The notes under the pieces were generated by a model, which searched no databases, had not been told where the DNA came from, and saw only the letters and a list, made by a program, of their open reading frames with translations. DNA of 61,471 nt from Bacteriovoracia bacterium (GTDB lineage Bacteria; Bdellovibrionota; UBA1018; JBFWNL01). This document shows positions 9,169 to 18,274 of this stretch, in pieces (within the stretch, counting starts at the first letter, position 1; every line of letters begins with the position of its first letter). The position numbers and the translations under genes were made by a program. The stretch spans positions 1-61,471 of the forward strand of contig JBFWNL010000014.1 of NCBI GenBank assembly GCA_050251055.1, read 5' to 3'.

Positions 9169-10239
9169 CTAAGGCACCCTCTCCGGTAAAGCGCGCCGCA
9201 CGGCTTTGATGACGCTAAATCCCGCTACGGGCTGCGTACTAGAGTACGTCAGCGCGCCCGTGGACGGATCGATCGAGTAGATCTGGATTTCATTCTGGAT
9301 CGAACGCGGCAGGTAGAAGAACACCCCGTTGGGCTCGATCGTCATGCTGCTATTGTTGAGCACGTTGGCATCATTGCTCAGGGTGAGGGTCTGCACCGCG
9401 GAAAGCGCGCCGGTATCGGTATCGATGCGGTAGACCCGCACCTCGGTGTTGTTTTGCAGATAAATCACGGGAAGGCTGGGATGCGCGAGCCCGTATTTGC
9501 ACCCTACCGCGCTGGGCATCGCATGGAGGCTCGTCAGCACGCCCGTCTCGTAATCCATGGAGAAAACTTCGATGGCGTTCGAGTTCACGTTGTACCCCAC
9601 CAGGAAAGCACGAGTGGAATCCATCAGCCATCGGCACGCACCGCAATGGGTTGTGGGACTGGTGGACAATGCGTGCAGTCCGTCGGCGTCCACGGAATAG
9701 ATGTAAGCCAGATTGGCGCTAAATCCAGATACCACCAATCGCTCGAGGTCCTCGAAGTATCCCATTCCCAGGACCCCACCCGAAGAATCAATGGCACCGT
9801 TGGCTACCTTGTCGCCATTTGTATCGATCGTGATGGTGCGCGACAAGGTACTTACAAAATTCACGTAGAACACCTGTAAGGCGGTGGGAGAGGCGATGAT
9901 TTGACTCGGCGTCGAGATGGACTTGGCATTCACGTAAGCCAGGGAACCATCCCGCGAATTAAGCCTGAATTTATGGATTTTGGAGTCGGTATAATCTGCG
10001 ACATATGCCCAGTCGGTATTGCCCAGAACGGAGAAGTCAGTAGATGACGCATGCGTGAAATCCGAGCTAGCGACCTTGATCAGTGTCCCGTCGCCGGGAA
10101 AGATCTTATACGACCAAAGTGACGTACTATTTACCGCGTACAGCATGGTTTGAGCCGTGACGGGGTTTTTGAATCGGGCAGTGCAACCGGTGCCAGCGAT
10201 AAGAAACAGCCCGGCCGTTATAAAAAGCGGTACCTTCAT
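9169..10239 (-). CDS. lactonase-family beta-propeller lipoprotein
   Basis: MKVPLFITAGLFLIAGTGC lipobox; repeated IDTDTGAL, IDPSTGAL, HPSLPVIY, IEPNGVFFY blades. Confidence 0.75.
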   Translation of the reverse strand: MKVPLFITAGLFLIAGTGCTARFKNPVTAQTMLYAVNSTSLWSYKIFPGDGTLIKVASSDFTHASSTDFSVLGNTDWAYVADYTDSKIHKFRLNSRDGSLAYVNAKSISTPSQIIASPTALQVFYVNFVSTLSRTITIDTNGDKVANGAIDSSGGVLGMGYFEDLERLVVSGFSANLAYIYSVDADGLHALSTSPTTHCGACRWLMDSTRAFLVGYNVNSNAIEVFSMDYETGVLTSLHAMPSAVGCKYGLAHPSLPVIYLQNNTEVRVYRIDTDTGALSAVQTLTLSNDANVLNNSSMTIEPNGVFFYLPRSIQNEIQIYSIDPSTGALTYSSTQPVAGFSVIKAVRRALPERVP

Positions 10240-10467
10240 GAAAAGCTTCCCGCCTAGGATAACCTCTCTCGCATTTAGAAAAAACAGAAATACGATTTCG
10301 AGCGCCGACCAGGAAGTAATGCCTCCGGCACTTATCGGTTGAAAGTATTCTTTCGGGATCCCTCCCCGCCCACTTGTCCCGATCATGTCCTGTAAGGGAT
10401 GACAAAACCGAAGCTTCCTGCGAACATAGGATACTGAAGGCGCAACAAAGAGCGAAGGAAGAAACCC

Positions 10468-10938
10468 ATGACCAAAAGTATCATCACCGCAAACTGGGAA
10501 ACGTCCATGGCGGACGCACATGCCTTAATGAAAAAGTCGAAAATCAGGCACCTACCGGTGACAGATGACGAAGGTAGTTTGATCGGCATTCTTTCTGATC
10601 GGGATGTAGCTCGGGCAATGAAGTCAACGATCAGTATCGACGACTCCTCGCCAGGGTTATACGTGGAAGCGGACGAATTTGACCCTTTAGATCGCGTACG
10701 CCACTACATGAGCTGGCCGGTTAAAACGGTAAGTCGCTTTACGGAAGTCGGTGCCGTAGCCGCAGAGATGATCAAACACAAGATTTCCGCGGTCATGGTC
10801 GTCGAAGGAGATGCCATGCAGGGAATTATCACCACTGAAGATCTACTTAAGCTCTTGGTGGACATGCCAAGCAAAGCGGAAAAACATTTCGATCTGAACT
10901 CCATCATTCACGCGTTAGTAGGCGAAAAATTAACTTAA
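10468..10938 (+). CDS. CBS domain pair protein
   Basis: IRHLPVTDDEGSLIGILSDRD and KISAVMVVEG..GIITTEDLL. Confidence 0.9.
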   Translation: MTKSIITANWETSMADAHALMKKSKIRHLPVTDDEGSLIGILSDRDVARAMKSTISIDDSSPGLYVEADEFDPLDRVRHYMSWPVKTVSRFTEVGAVAAEMIKHKISAVMVVEGDAMQGIITTEDLLKLLVDMPSKAEKHFDLNSIIHALVGEKLT

Positions 10939-10996
10939 CCAAAAATAAGACAAATAGAGATTAGTTTAAATCAATCCCCTTCAAGAGGACTCACCT

Positions 10997-11680
10997 ATGA
11001 TTACACACTTTGAAATGATTGCCCGTATCGCCACAGGAGCCGCGCTCGGTGGAGTGATTGGTTTTGAGCGTGATATTCATGGACGACAGGCTGGACTTCG
11101 AACCCACGTCATTGTCGCTATGGCGTCAGCGACATTCATGGTTATTTCAAATCATTTTGCATTCTTTCAGGGCTACGATGCCGCTCGTCACGTTGAAGCC
11201 GATGTCTCCCGTATCGCTGCTTCGGTGGTTTCAGGCATAGGGTTTCTGGCCGGTGGAGCCATTCTTAAAACGGGTGCAACCATTCAAGGACTTACAACGG
11301 CTGCAGGCCTTTGGTTAGTGGCCGCAATCGGTTTATGCGCAGGCGGTGGGATGTATGTTGAAGGCGTGGCCGTTACAGCCATGGGCCTCATCGCTTTGAC
11401 GGTGTTTCGTCTTTTCGAAGACAAAAACGACAAACTCATTCGCAGACACGTTTCACTTCAGATGGAAGACGAGCCTAACTGTATATCAAAAATTATGGAT
11501 GCTTTGACAGCATCCGGAGTGAAGGTACCCGATTTTGATTACGAAAAAAAAATAGAATCCAAAACCCTGGGACTTACCTTCGACGTCCGCATTCCCGTCA
11601 ATATCGGCGTGCGTGGGCTCATCGAATTGTTAGAAAAACAATCGGGTGTTCGGCATGTTCATATAAAATTGCGGGATTGA
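10997..11680 (+). CDS. MgtC/SapB family membrane protein
   Basis: LGGVIGFER..AGLRTH, RIAASVVSGIGFLAGGAI, GLTTAAGLW; C-terminal ACT-like domain; GAGGA RBS. Confidence 0.93.
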   Translation: MITHFEMIARIATGAALGGVIGFERDIHGRQAGLRTHVIVAMASATFMVISNHFAFFQGYDAARHVEADVSRIAASVVSGIGFLAGGAILKTGATIQGLTTAAGLWLVAAIGLCAGGGMYVEGVAVTAMGLIALTVFRLFEDKNDKLIRRHVSLQMEDEPNCISKIMDALTASGVKVPDFDYEKKIESKTLGLTFDVRIPVNIGVRGLIELLEKQSGVRHVHIKLRD

Positions 11681-11794
11681 TCCTAAACCACTAGATTGAT
11701 GGATAAAGCCGGACCATAAACACTCAACATAGTGAGCACACTTGGGCTAGGACACAAAACGCGCCCCCGGCGTGTTTCGCTATTTCAACTCCAA

Positions 11795-11984
11795 CCATCT
11801 CTAATACTCCAGCCGAGAACTCCTCGGGCACGTTGATACGGCTCTAAAACTTTTTCTTTTGGGGGGATGTTCGCCCAAGGAAGGAAAAGCGAAGACAACC
11901 CATGGATGGGCGGCCCCAAAAAGAAAAAGTTTTAGAGCCGTATTAACGTGAGGGAGAATTATTTGCCTGGAGGATTAGAGATGG
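11795..11984. repeat. long imperfect palindrome (hairpin B) attached to a tRNA 3'-end copy
   Basis: Core arms 11829-11865 / 11914-11950 match at 35 of 37 nt; outer CCATCTCTAATACTCCAG / CTGGAGGATTAGAGATGG pairing; 48-nt loop. Confidence 0.9.
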
Positions 11985-12002
11985 CTGGGGTGCTAGGATT
12001 CG
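11982..12002 (-). repeat. exact 21-bp duplicate of the tRNA-Gln 3' end (att-like)
   Basis: TGGCTGGGGTGCTAGGATTCG identical at 11982-12002 and 12266-12286. Confidence 0.92.
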
Positions 12003-12141
12003 CCTTCCGCTCTCAGCGCTACTCGCGCTTCGGCTGCAGGCCGGCCTCAGCCGCCACCCGCCAGCGGGTGCCCGGCGGCTTCCGCCTTTCGAATCCTAGC
12101 CTAGGGTACGAAATGCTCCGCATTTCTCCATCACATACCAA

Positions 12142-12268
12142 CCAATTCTGCCTCATTCTAAAAATATAAAGTCATGAGGGTGTCCTCGCCCATGGAGGGA
12201 AAAAAGAGGTCAAGCGCATGGATGCGCGTCCCTCATGACTTTTTATTTTTAGAATGAGGCAGAATTGG
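12142..12268. repeat. long near-perfect palindrome (hairpin A) starting at the tRNA CCA
   Basis: Arms 12142-12180 / 12230-12268 match at 38 of 39 nt; 49-nt loop. Confidence 0.92.
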
Positions 12269-12341
12269 CTGGGGTGCTAGGATTCGAACCTAGACATGGC
12301 GGAATCAAAATCCGCTAGCTTAGCCATTTGCCGACACCCCA
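12266..12341 (-). tRNA. tRNA-Gln (anticodon TTG)
   Basis: TGGGGTG/CACCCCA acceptor stem, GCGGA-TTTTGAT-TCCGC anticodon arm, GGTTCGAATCC T-arm, encoded CCA; 76 nt. Confidence 0.96.
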
Positions 12342-12395
12342 ACCTAACGAACTTTATTTAGGTAACACGATTTTTCGGGCACAAAAAGGGCGGAT

Positions 12396-12719
12396 TTAGC
12401 CGTCCCGTTTTTCTTCGAGACCGTCGTTGTCGTGGGCGCTGATGGGCAGGGCCTTTCCCCCGGTCCGTTTGATTTCGGCGAGGTACGCGTTCAGGATCTG
12501 CTCTTCCATCTGGCTGCGGGTACTTTGATTGAGGGGATGGGCGACGTCTTTATAACTGCCGTCTTTGCGCTTTTTGCTAGGCATCGCCACGAAAAGGCCC
12601 GTATTGCCGTTGATGATCTTTAGATCACGAACCACGAAGCAGTTATCCAATACGATCGTGACATAGGCTTTTAACTTGTCTTCATCGACCGGAAAAATCT
12701 TAACTTCGGTAATATCCAT
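12396..12719 (-). CDS. spoVG: SpoVG family nucleic-acid-binding regulator
   Basis: MDITEVKIFPV..LKAYVTIVLDNCFVVRDLKII..GLFVAMPSKK..YKDVAHPLN. Confidence 0.95.
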   Translation of the reverse strand: MDITEVKIFPVDEDKLKAYVTIVLDNCFVVRDLKIINGNTGLFVAMPSKKRKDGSYKDVAHPLNQSTRSQMEEQILNAYLAEIKRTGGKALPISAHDNDGLEEKRDG

Positions 12720-12795
12720 CGTAGTCTCCGGGTGCAGCTTCCTTCGAGACGATGGAGCACGGTGTTAAACATGGAAACACACCCCGTAAGCGCCT

Positions 12796-12824
12796 ATTGT
12801 ATGAGAATTGCAGGAAAAATTCAA
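12796..12824 (-). promoter_or_regulatory. sigma70-type promoter for spoVG/tRNA-Gln
   Basis: Minus strand TTGAAT-N17-TACAAT. Confidence 0.65.
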
Positions 12825-12871
12825 TTTAACTGTTCTTAATACGGACACTTAGTTACCGCGCAGTTATTGCC

Positions 12872-15478
12872 TTAGGAATTCAACTGGTTATCACTTAACC
12901 GAAAGGCAAATCCGTCCCCTTGGGTGTCCACCCGAATGGCCGAGCCGGGTGAAAATCCACCCTCCAGAATTTGCATCGCCAACGGGTTCTGAATTTCCCG
13001 TTGAAACACCCGCTTCATCGGGCGGGCGCCGTAGTCCCGGTCATAACCCAACTCGCCCAACCGCTCGATCGCGGCCGGTGAAAGTTCGATTCGCAAACGG
13101 CGCTCCTTCAACTGGGCGTTCAACTTCGTCGCGTACTGCGCAATGATCTGCTTCAGCTGGGCTGGCTCCAGCTGTGAAAAGATCACCGTCTCGTCGATCC
13201 GGTTAAGGAACTCGGGCCGAAAGTGCTGGCGTAAGAGCTCCAGCACGCCTTGCTCGCGCTTCTTCGCGTCTTTTTCTTCCAAAATGAAATGGCTGCCGAT
13301 GTTCGACGTCATGATGATCACGGTGTTCGTAAAATCCACGGTGCGTCCTTGCCCATCGGTCGCGCGCCCGTCGTCTAAAATCTGCAGAAATACGTTGAAC
13401 ACGTCGGGGTGCGCCTTTTCGACCTCGTCGAGCAGAATCACGCAGTAGGGACGTCGGCGCACGGCTTCGGTGAGCGCGCCGCCTTCGTCGTAACCGACAT
13501 AGCCCGGAGGCGAGCCGATTAAGCGCGCCACCGCGTGCTTCTCCATATACTCGCTCATATCCACGCGTACGAGTGCCGACTCATCGTCGAATAAGAATTC
13601 CGCTAAGGCCTTTGCGGTCTCGGTCTTTCCTACCCCAGTGGGGCCCAGGAACAAGAAAGAGCCCATGGGCCGATTCTTTTCGTGTAGCCCGATGCGGGAG
13701 CGTCTCACGGCGTTCGAAACGGCCTCGATCGCCGCGCGTTGGCCGACCACGCGATCCCCCAGGCGATCTTCCATCTTCAATAGTTTTTTCTGCTCGCTCT
13801 CGAGCATTTTGGAAACCGGCACTCCCGTCCAACGGGACACGACTTCCGCGATGTCGTCCTCGGTCACTTCTTGGCGCAGTAGGGACGAATCCGTAGTTTT
13901 CGGCGCCGCCTTGCTTAAATTCTCCAATTCTTTTTGCAAAGCCAACAGCTTGCCGTATCTCAGCTCGGCCGCTTTCTCGAGCTCACCCTGTCGCTCTGCT
14001 TGCTCTGACTCTAAACGCACCTGCTCGATGCTTTCCTTTACTTCCTTCAGGCGACCGACTTCTTTCTTCTCGCGCTCCCATTGCGCGCGCAGCTCTTTTG
14101 CCTGCGCGTTCAACCCGTGCAGCTCCTTTTCAAGGGCGCCCAGGCGCTCTTGCGAGGACGCATCTTTTTCTTTTTTCAAAGCTTGCTTTTCCACCTCCAG
14201 GCGCAGGGTCTTGCGCTCGATCTGGTCCAACGCTTCGGGGCGGGAATCCATCTCTACGCGGAGTTTCGCCGCCGCCTCATCGACCAAATCGATCGCCTTG
14301 TCGGGCAGGAACCGATCGGTGAGGTAACGATTGGAAAGAGTGGCGGCTGCGACAATCGCGCCGTCCCGAATCGAAACCCCGTGGTGGACTTCGTAGCGTT
14401 CGCGCAGTCCGCGCAAGATGCTGATCGTGTCTTCCACCGAAGGCTCCTTCACGAAGATGGGCTGGAACCGTCGCTCGAGCGCGGCGTCTTTTTCGATATG
14501 TTTACGGTACTCGTCAAGCGTGGTGGCGCCCACGCAACGTAGCTCCCCACGCGCGAGCGCGGGCTTGAGCATATTAGATGCGTCCATGGAGCCTTCGGCG
14601 GCGCCCGCTCCCACCAGGGTGTGCAGCTCGTCGATAAACAGCACGATCTCGCCGCTGGCGGCGGCAACTTCCTTCAATACGCCCTTTAGGCGTTCTTCGA
14701 ACTCACCCCGAAACTTCGCCCCCGCGATCAAGGCACCTAAGTCCAGTACTAGCAGGCGTTTTTTCTTCAAGCCTTCCGGAACGTCACCGTTGACAATCCG
14801 TTGTGCGAGACCTTCGACGATCGCGGTCTTGCCCACGCCGGGTTCGCCGATCAGGACGGGGTTATTCTTGGTTCGGCGCGAAAGGACCTGTACGACGCGG
14901 CGGATTTCCTCGTCACGACCGATCACGGGATCGAGTTTGCGCGAGCGAGCGAGCACCGTGAGGTCACGGCAGTATTTTTCCAAAACCTTCGTATTACTCT
15001 CGGCATTCTCGTTATCCACGGTTCTCCCCTGGCGCACCTGTGCCACCGCCTTGGCCAAACTTTCCCGAAGCAGGCCGGCTTCGCGTAAGGCCCGGCCCGC
15101 CTCCGTGTTTTTAAAGGCATCCGAAGCCAGCACCAGTAATAAATGCTCCGAGGCCACGAACTCGTCTTTCATGCGTTTGGCTTCGTCTTCGGCTAAAACG
15201 AGGAGCTTGCGAAACATGGGCGCGGGGTAAATTTGCCCGTCTCCGCCCTCCACTCGGGGTAATTTGTCCAAGGCTTTTCCGACCCGTTCGCGCAGACGCT
15301 CGGGCTGCAGGCCTGCGGCCGCCAACAAGTCTCGTACATAAGCGCCGGACTCAAAGCCGGGGTCTAAGTAGGCGTTCAGAAGGTGTTCAGGATGAAGTTC
15401 CTGATGACCGCGTCGGATCGCCTCGTTCTGGGCTTGCTGTAAGGATTCATTAACAGAATTCGTGAATTTTGCGCTCAT
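12872..15478 (-). CDS. clpB: ATP-dependent chaperone ClpB
   Basis: Two AAA+ modules ([16 protein letters not shown]), [11 protein letters not shown], long coiled-coil M domain, [11 protein letters not shown]. Confidence 0.97.
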   Translation of the reverse strand: MSAKFTNSVNESLQQAQNEAIRRGHQELHPEHLLNAYLDPGFESGAYVRDLLAAAGLQPERLRERVGKALDKLPRVEGGDGQIYPAPMFRKLLVLAEDEAKRMKDEFVASEHLLLVLASDAFKNTEAGRALREAGLLRESLAKAVAQVRQGRTVDNENAESNTKVLEKYCRDLTVLARSRKLDPVIGRDEEIRRVVQVLSRRTKNNPVLIGEPGVGKTAIVEGLAQRIVNGDVPEGLKKKRLLVLDLGALIAGAKFRGEFEERLKGVLKEVAAASGEIVLFIDELHTLVGAGAAEGSMDASNMLKPALARGELRCVGATTLDEYRKHIEKDAALERRFQPIFVKEPSVEDTISILRGLRERYEVHHGVSIRDGAIVAAATLSNRYLTDRFLPDKAIDLVDEAAAKLRVEMDSRPEALDQIERKTLRLEVEKQALKKEKDASSQERLGALEKELHGLNAQAKELRAQWEREKKEVGRLKEVKESIEQVRLESEQAERQGELEKAAELRYGKLLALQKELENLSKAAPKTTDSSLLRQEVTEDDIAEVVSRWTGVPVSKMLESEQKKLLKMEDRLGDRVVGQRAAIEAVSNAVRRSRIGLHEKNRPMGSFLFLGPTGVGKTETAKALAEFLFDDESALVRVDMSEYMEKHAVARLIGSPPGYVGYDEGGALTEAVRRRPYCVILLDEVEKAHPDVFNVFLQILDDGRATDGQGRTVDFTNTVIIMTSNIGSHFILEEKDAKKREQGVLELLRQHFRPEFLNRIDETVIFSQLEPAQLKQIIAQYATKLNAQLKERRLRIELSPAAIERLGELGYDRDYGARPMKRVFQREIQNPLAMQILEGGFSPGSAIRVDTQGDGFAFRLSDNQLNS

Positions 15479-15551
15479 ACTACACTTACGTTGGGCGTAA
15501 GTTCGCTGAAGTCAAGCGACCGAGTGGACTAAATTAACCCAGTAATTGAGC

Positions 15552-16379
15552 TTACTTCTTGGCTTTTTTTGCGGTTTCCGGAATCACCGGCACCAAGCCC
15601 TTACCCGTCGTGAAGAGGGTCTTGATCCAGAGGGCGAAATCCTGATGCCACTTCACGCGCTCCGGACGGCGCTCAGCGCCTGTAAGGTCAATCGCTTTGA
15701 CAATGCGTCGGAGCTGGCGGCGATCCGCCCACTTCATGTTCATGAACTGAATACCGAAGCCCTTGTAGTTGCCATAGCCTTGGTGCGCGATGCGCGCGGC
15801 ATGGGAAAATTCGGCGCTTTCGAATTTGAACATCATTTGCACGATGGCGTCCAAGGTGAGCGGTTCGGAAGTTTGGATGAACACGCCGCCTTCGGAAATA
15901 TCCACGATCTTGGCTTCGCTTTCCTTGCCATCGACGGTGATCTTACCCTCTAGATTCACGCGGTAACGGGGCTTGGATTCCCACCAACGCAAACGGGGAT
16001 CCAGGTACGCCGCGCGTACGGCTGGGATGAGGAAGTAAAACACGAACGCCAGGTTCACGGCGAACGCGAGAAAGAGGATCGACTTGGTGTAGACGTGCGG
16101 GAACTGGGCGTATTCTTGATAGTTACCGATCAGGCTCCAAACGGAAACCCCCAGGAACACGGGCACGCTCCACTTCTTAACCGCGAAGAGGGCAAAACCC
16201 GCGAGCGGAAAAAGCACAATGAGCTGGAAGAGCTCGAACGGCGAATGAGTTTTGAAAAGCAACGTCAGATAGATACTGAGGGGCAGTTTTTCGAGTCGCG
16301 CCGAGATGACGGCATTTCCAACGGGCGCCAGGAAATAAATCAACGCCATGATGATCAACGGCCAGGGTCTTTTTCTCAT
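15552..16379 (-). CDS. membrane protein with C-terminal PilZ domain
   Basis: About 4 TM helices, then WWESKPRYRV..IVDISEGGVFI..GFGIQF. Confidence 0.8.
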   Translation of the reverse strand: MRKRPWPLIIMALIYFLAPVGNAVISARLEKLPLSIYLTLLFKTHSPFELFQLIVLFPLAGFALFAVKKWSVPVFLGVSVWSLIGNYQEYAQFPHVYTKSILFLAFAVNLAFVFYFLIPAVRAAYLDPRLRWWESKPRYRVNLEGKITVDGKESEAKIVDISEGGVFIQTSEPLTLDAIVQMMFKFESAEFSHAARIAHQGYGNYKGFGIQFMNMKWADRRQLRRIVKAIDLTGAERRPERVKWHQDFALWIKTLFTTGKGLVPVIPETAKKAKK

Positions 16380-16469
16380 ATATTCAATATGGTAGCGGAA
16401 CGGCGAAGATAGACAAGGTGATTTCTCGACGAGGACAACCGCCCTCGAACTCAAGAAACCACGCCAGTT

Positions 16470-17969
16470 TCATGACGTAGTTTTTAGGTCTAGTACTATC
16501 ACTTTGAAATCCGGAACACCCGTCGGATTGATGCGCTTGATCCGCAAGAGATAGCTTTTTTTCTCTTTCACGATCGAGAAGAACTGTCTCACCGATCGGA
16601 TCTCCTTGCGATCGACCTCTAAGATCACGTCGCCCAAAACCAGCTCGGTCTTCGCCGCGGGTCCCCCGTGAGCCAAGAACGTCACCACCACGCCCTTCGT
16701 GGCGGACGGCCATCCGAAACGTTCGGCGAGCGCAGGATTGAGTTCTTCCAAGTTCAAGCCGGTGCCGTTGCGATCTTTCTGCGGCCGGGACGGCCGACTA
16801 CCCCGTCCCACTTTGTTCGAGTTGCTCGGGCGTTGTCCGATTTGAATCGACAACTCCTTCTCTTTACCGGCGCGCAGGATCTTCATCGCCACCTTCTGGC
16901 CCACGGGTACTTCGACGACGGCCTCCACCAGATCGGTCGGCTCTTTAATTTTACGGCCATTGAACTCCAACACCACGTCGTAGGTTTTGATGCCGGCCTG
17001 GTCGGCGGGCTCGCCCGGATACGCGTGCGCCACGAAGGGAGAGCGTACCGTCTTTGGAATCCCGAGCTTTTCGGCCACCTCAGGCGTCATATCGTTCACG
17101 AGCACTCCGATGTACCCACGGGAAACGACCCCCTTCTTTTTTAGCTCGGGCAGGATATTCTTGACGAGGTTGATGGGGATCGCGAAACCAATACCTTGGG
17201 CGCGGGCGTCGATCGCGTTGTTGATCCCGATGACCTCGCCCGACAAATTCACGAGCGGTCCACCCGAGTTTCCGGGGTTGATCGGCGTATCGGTCTGTAA
17301 GTACCGAGCGAGCAGCGGACGCGGTGCCTGCCTCCCCTTGGCGGAAATAATCCCGTGCGTGACGGTGTGACCATGGCCAATGGGGTTTCCCACCGCCATC
17401 ACGAATTCCCCCACCTCTAGCTTATCGGAGTCGCCGAACTCCACCGGCTTAAGCTTGCGCGTGGTCTTCACACGAATGAGCGCCAGGTCCAACTCCGGAT
17501 CCCGTCCAGCCACTTCACCCGCGGTGGGCTCCTCGTCGGAATCCTCCGTGAAATAGATCTTGATCTCGTCGGCTTCCGCCACCACGTGATTATTGGTAAG
17601 GATGAGCCCGGACTCGTCGATAATAAAGCCCGTGCCTAGCGCCGAAGGCAGGGAACCGGGCTTACCGGGGGGCGGCGCCTCATCGCCTTCACCGTCGTCG
17701 TCGCCTTCCTGCCCGCGCGGTCCGCCGCGGAAAAAATACTCGAAAAATTTTCGGAAGGCTTCTTCCTGACCGCCGTTGAACGGAGTCTGCGCCTTCGAGA
17801 GCGCCGAAATATTCACCACGGAAGGAACGATCTTCTTCGAGAGATCGACGAAAATATTGGGGTTATTCAGGAAGGGATTGCCAGAGCTCGAAGCGCCCAC
17901 GCCCAGGAGGACCAACGGAACGCCAACCGCGAGCTTCGCGACTTTCGCAACTTTGCGGATATCTCTCAT
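16470..17969 (-). CDS. Do/DegQ (HtrA) family periplasmic serine protease with two PDZ domains
   Basis: GTGFII, LTNNHVV, DLALI, QTDTPINPGNSGGPL catalytic motifs. Confidence 0.95.
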   Translation of the reverse strand: MRDIRKVAKVAKLAVGVPLVLLGVGASSSGNPFLNNPNIFVDLSKKIVPSVVNISALSKAQTPFNGGQEEAFRKFFEYFFRGGPRGQEGDDDGEGDEAPPPGKPGSLPSALGTGFIIDESGLILTNNHVVAEADEIKIYFTEDSDEEPTAGEVAGRDPELDLALIRVKTTRKLKPVEFGDSDKLEVGEFVMAVGNPIGHGHTVTHGIISAKGRQAPRPLLARYLQTDTPINPGNSGGPLVNLSGEVIGINNAIDARAQGIGFAIPINLVKNILPELKKKGVVSRGYIGVLVNDMTPEVAEKLGIPKTVRSPFVAHAYPGEPADQAGIKTYDVVLEFNGRKIKEPTDLVEAVVEVPVGQKVAMKILRAGKEKELSIQIGQRPSNSNKVGRGSRPSRPQKDRNGTGLNLEELNPALAERFGWPSATKGVVVTFLAHGGPAAKTELVLGDVILEVDRKEIRSVRQFFSIVKEKKSYLLRIKRINPTGVPDFKVIVLDLKTTS

Positions 17970-18232
17970 TTCTTCCCGGCTTGCACTTCCACGAACTTCA
18001 TCCGGCTCTCGAACAAAAGCTGCTCCAGCAGCTTGCTCTCCTCAGGCGTGAGATTTCCCTTCGTCTTCTCGAACAAAAGCTCAAGGAGGTCGATGTTCTG
18101 CCGCGCGAGATTTAAGTCAATCTGGGACCGTCCGTCGGGACCCGGAACTAAGCCCATGCCCATGAACGCCGCCGACGAAACCGATAGCAGCAAGGTTGTG
18201 ATGTCGATCTTAGGTAATTCCGGCGTGACCAC
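17966..18232 (-). CDS. DUF1844 domain protein
   Basis: DLNLARQNIDLLELLFEKTKGNLTPEESKLLEQLLFESRMKFV; GTG start 18232 after AAGAGGGG. Confidence 0.85.
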   Translation of the reverse strand: MVTPELPKIDITTLLLSVSSAAFMGMGLVPGPDGRSQIDLNLARQNIDLLELLFEKTKGNLTPEESKLLEQLLFESRMKFVEVQAGKK

Positions 18233-18274
18233 GGCGAGCCCCCTCTTCCTAGGAGACCGTTCTAGCACAGAATT

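Noticed and set aside
11929-11950. GTTTTAGAGC matches the start of the type II-A CRISPR repeat
   Set aside because: It occurs only as one inverted pair within hairpin B; there are no direct repeats with spacers and no cas genes in the window.
11982-12100. Possible second, intron-containing tRNA-Gln
   Set aside because: Only the 3' 21 nt are present; no D arm, anticodon arm or 5' acceptor strand.
11948-12169. 73-aa ORF across the tRNA-linked repeats
   Set aside because: No RBS or recognisable motif; fully explained by the repeat structure.
12841-12850. ACGGACACTT shared with the intergenic region near 52218
   Set aside because: Only 10 nt with no symmetry; plausible by chance in 61 kb.
13143-15230. 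Long antisense ORFs inside clpB (also inside etf, astD, flgL and the 43.2-45.2 kb gene)
   Set aside because: Typical shadow ORFs of GC-rich coding sequence; no independent motifs.
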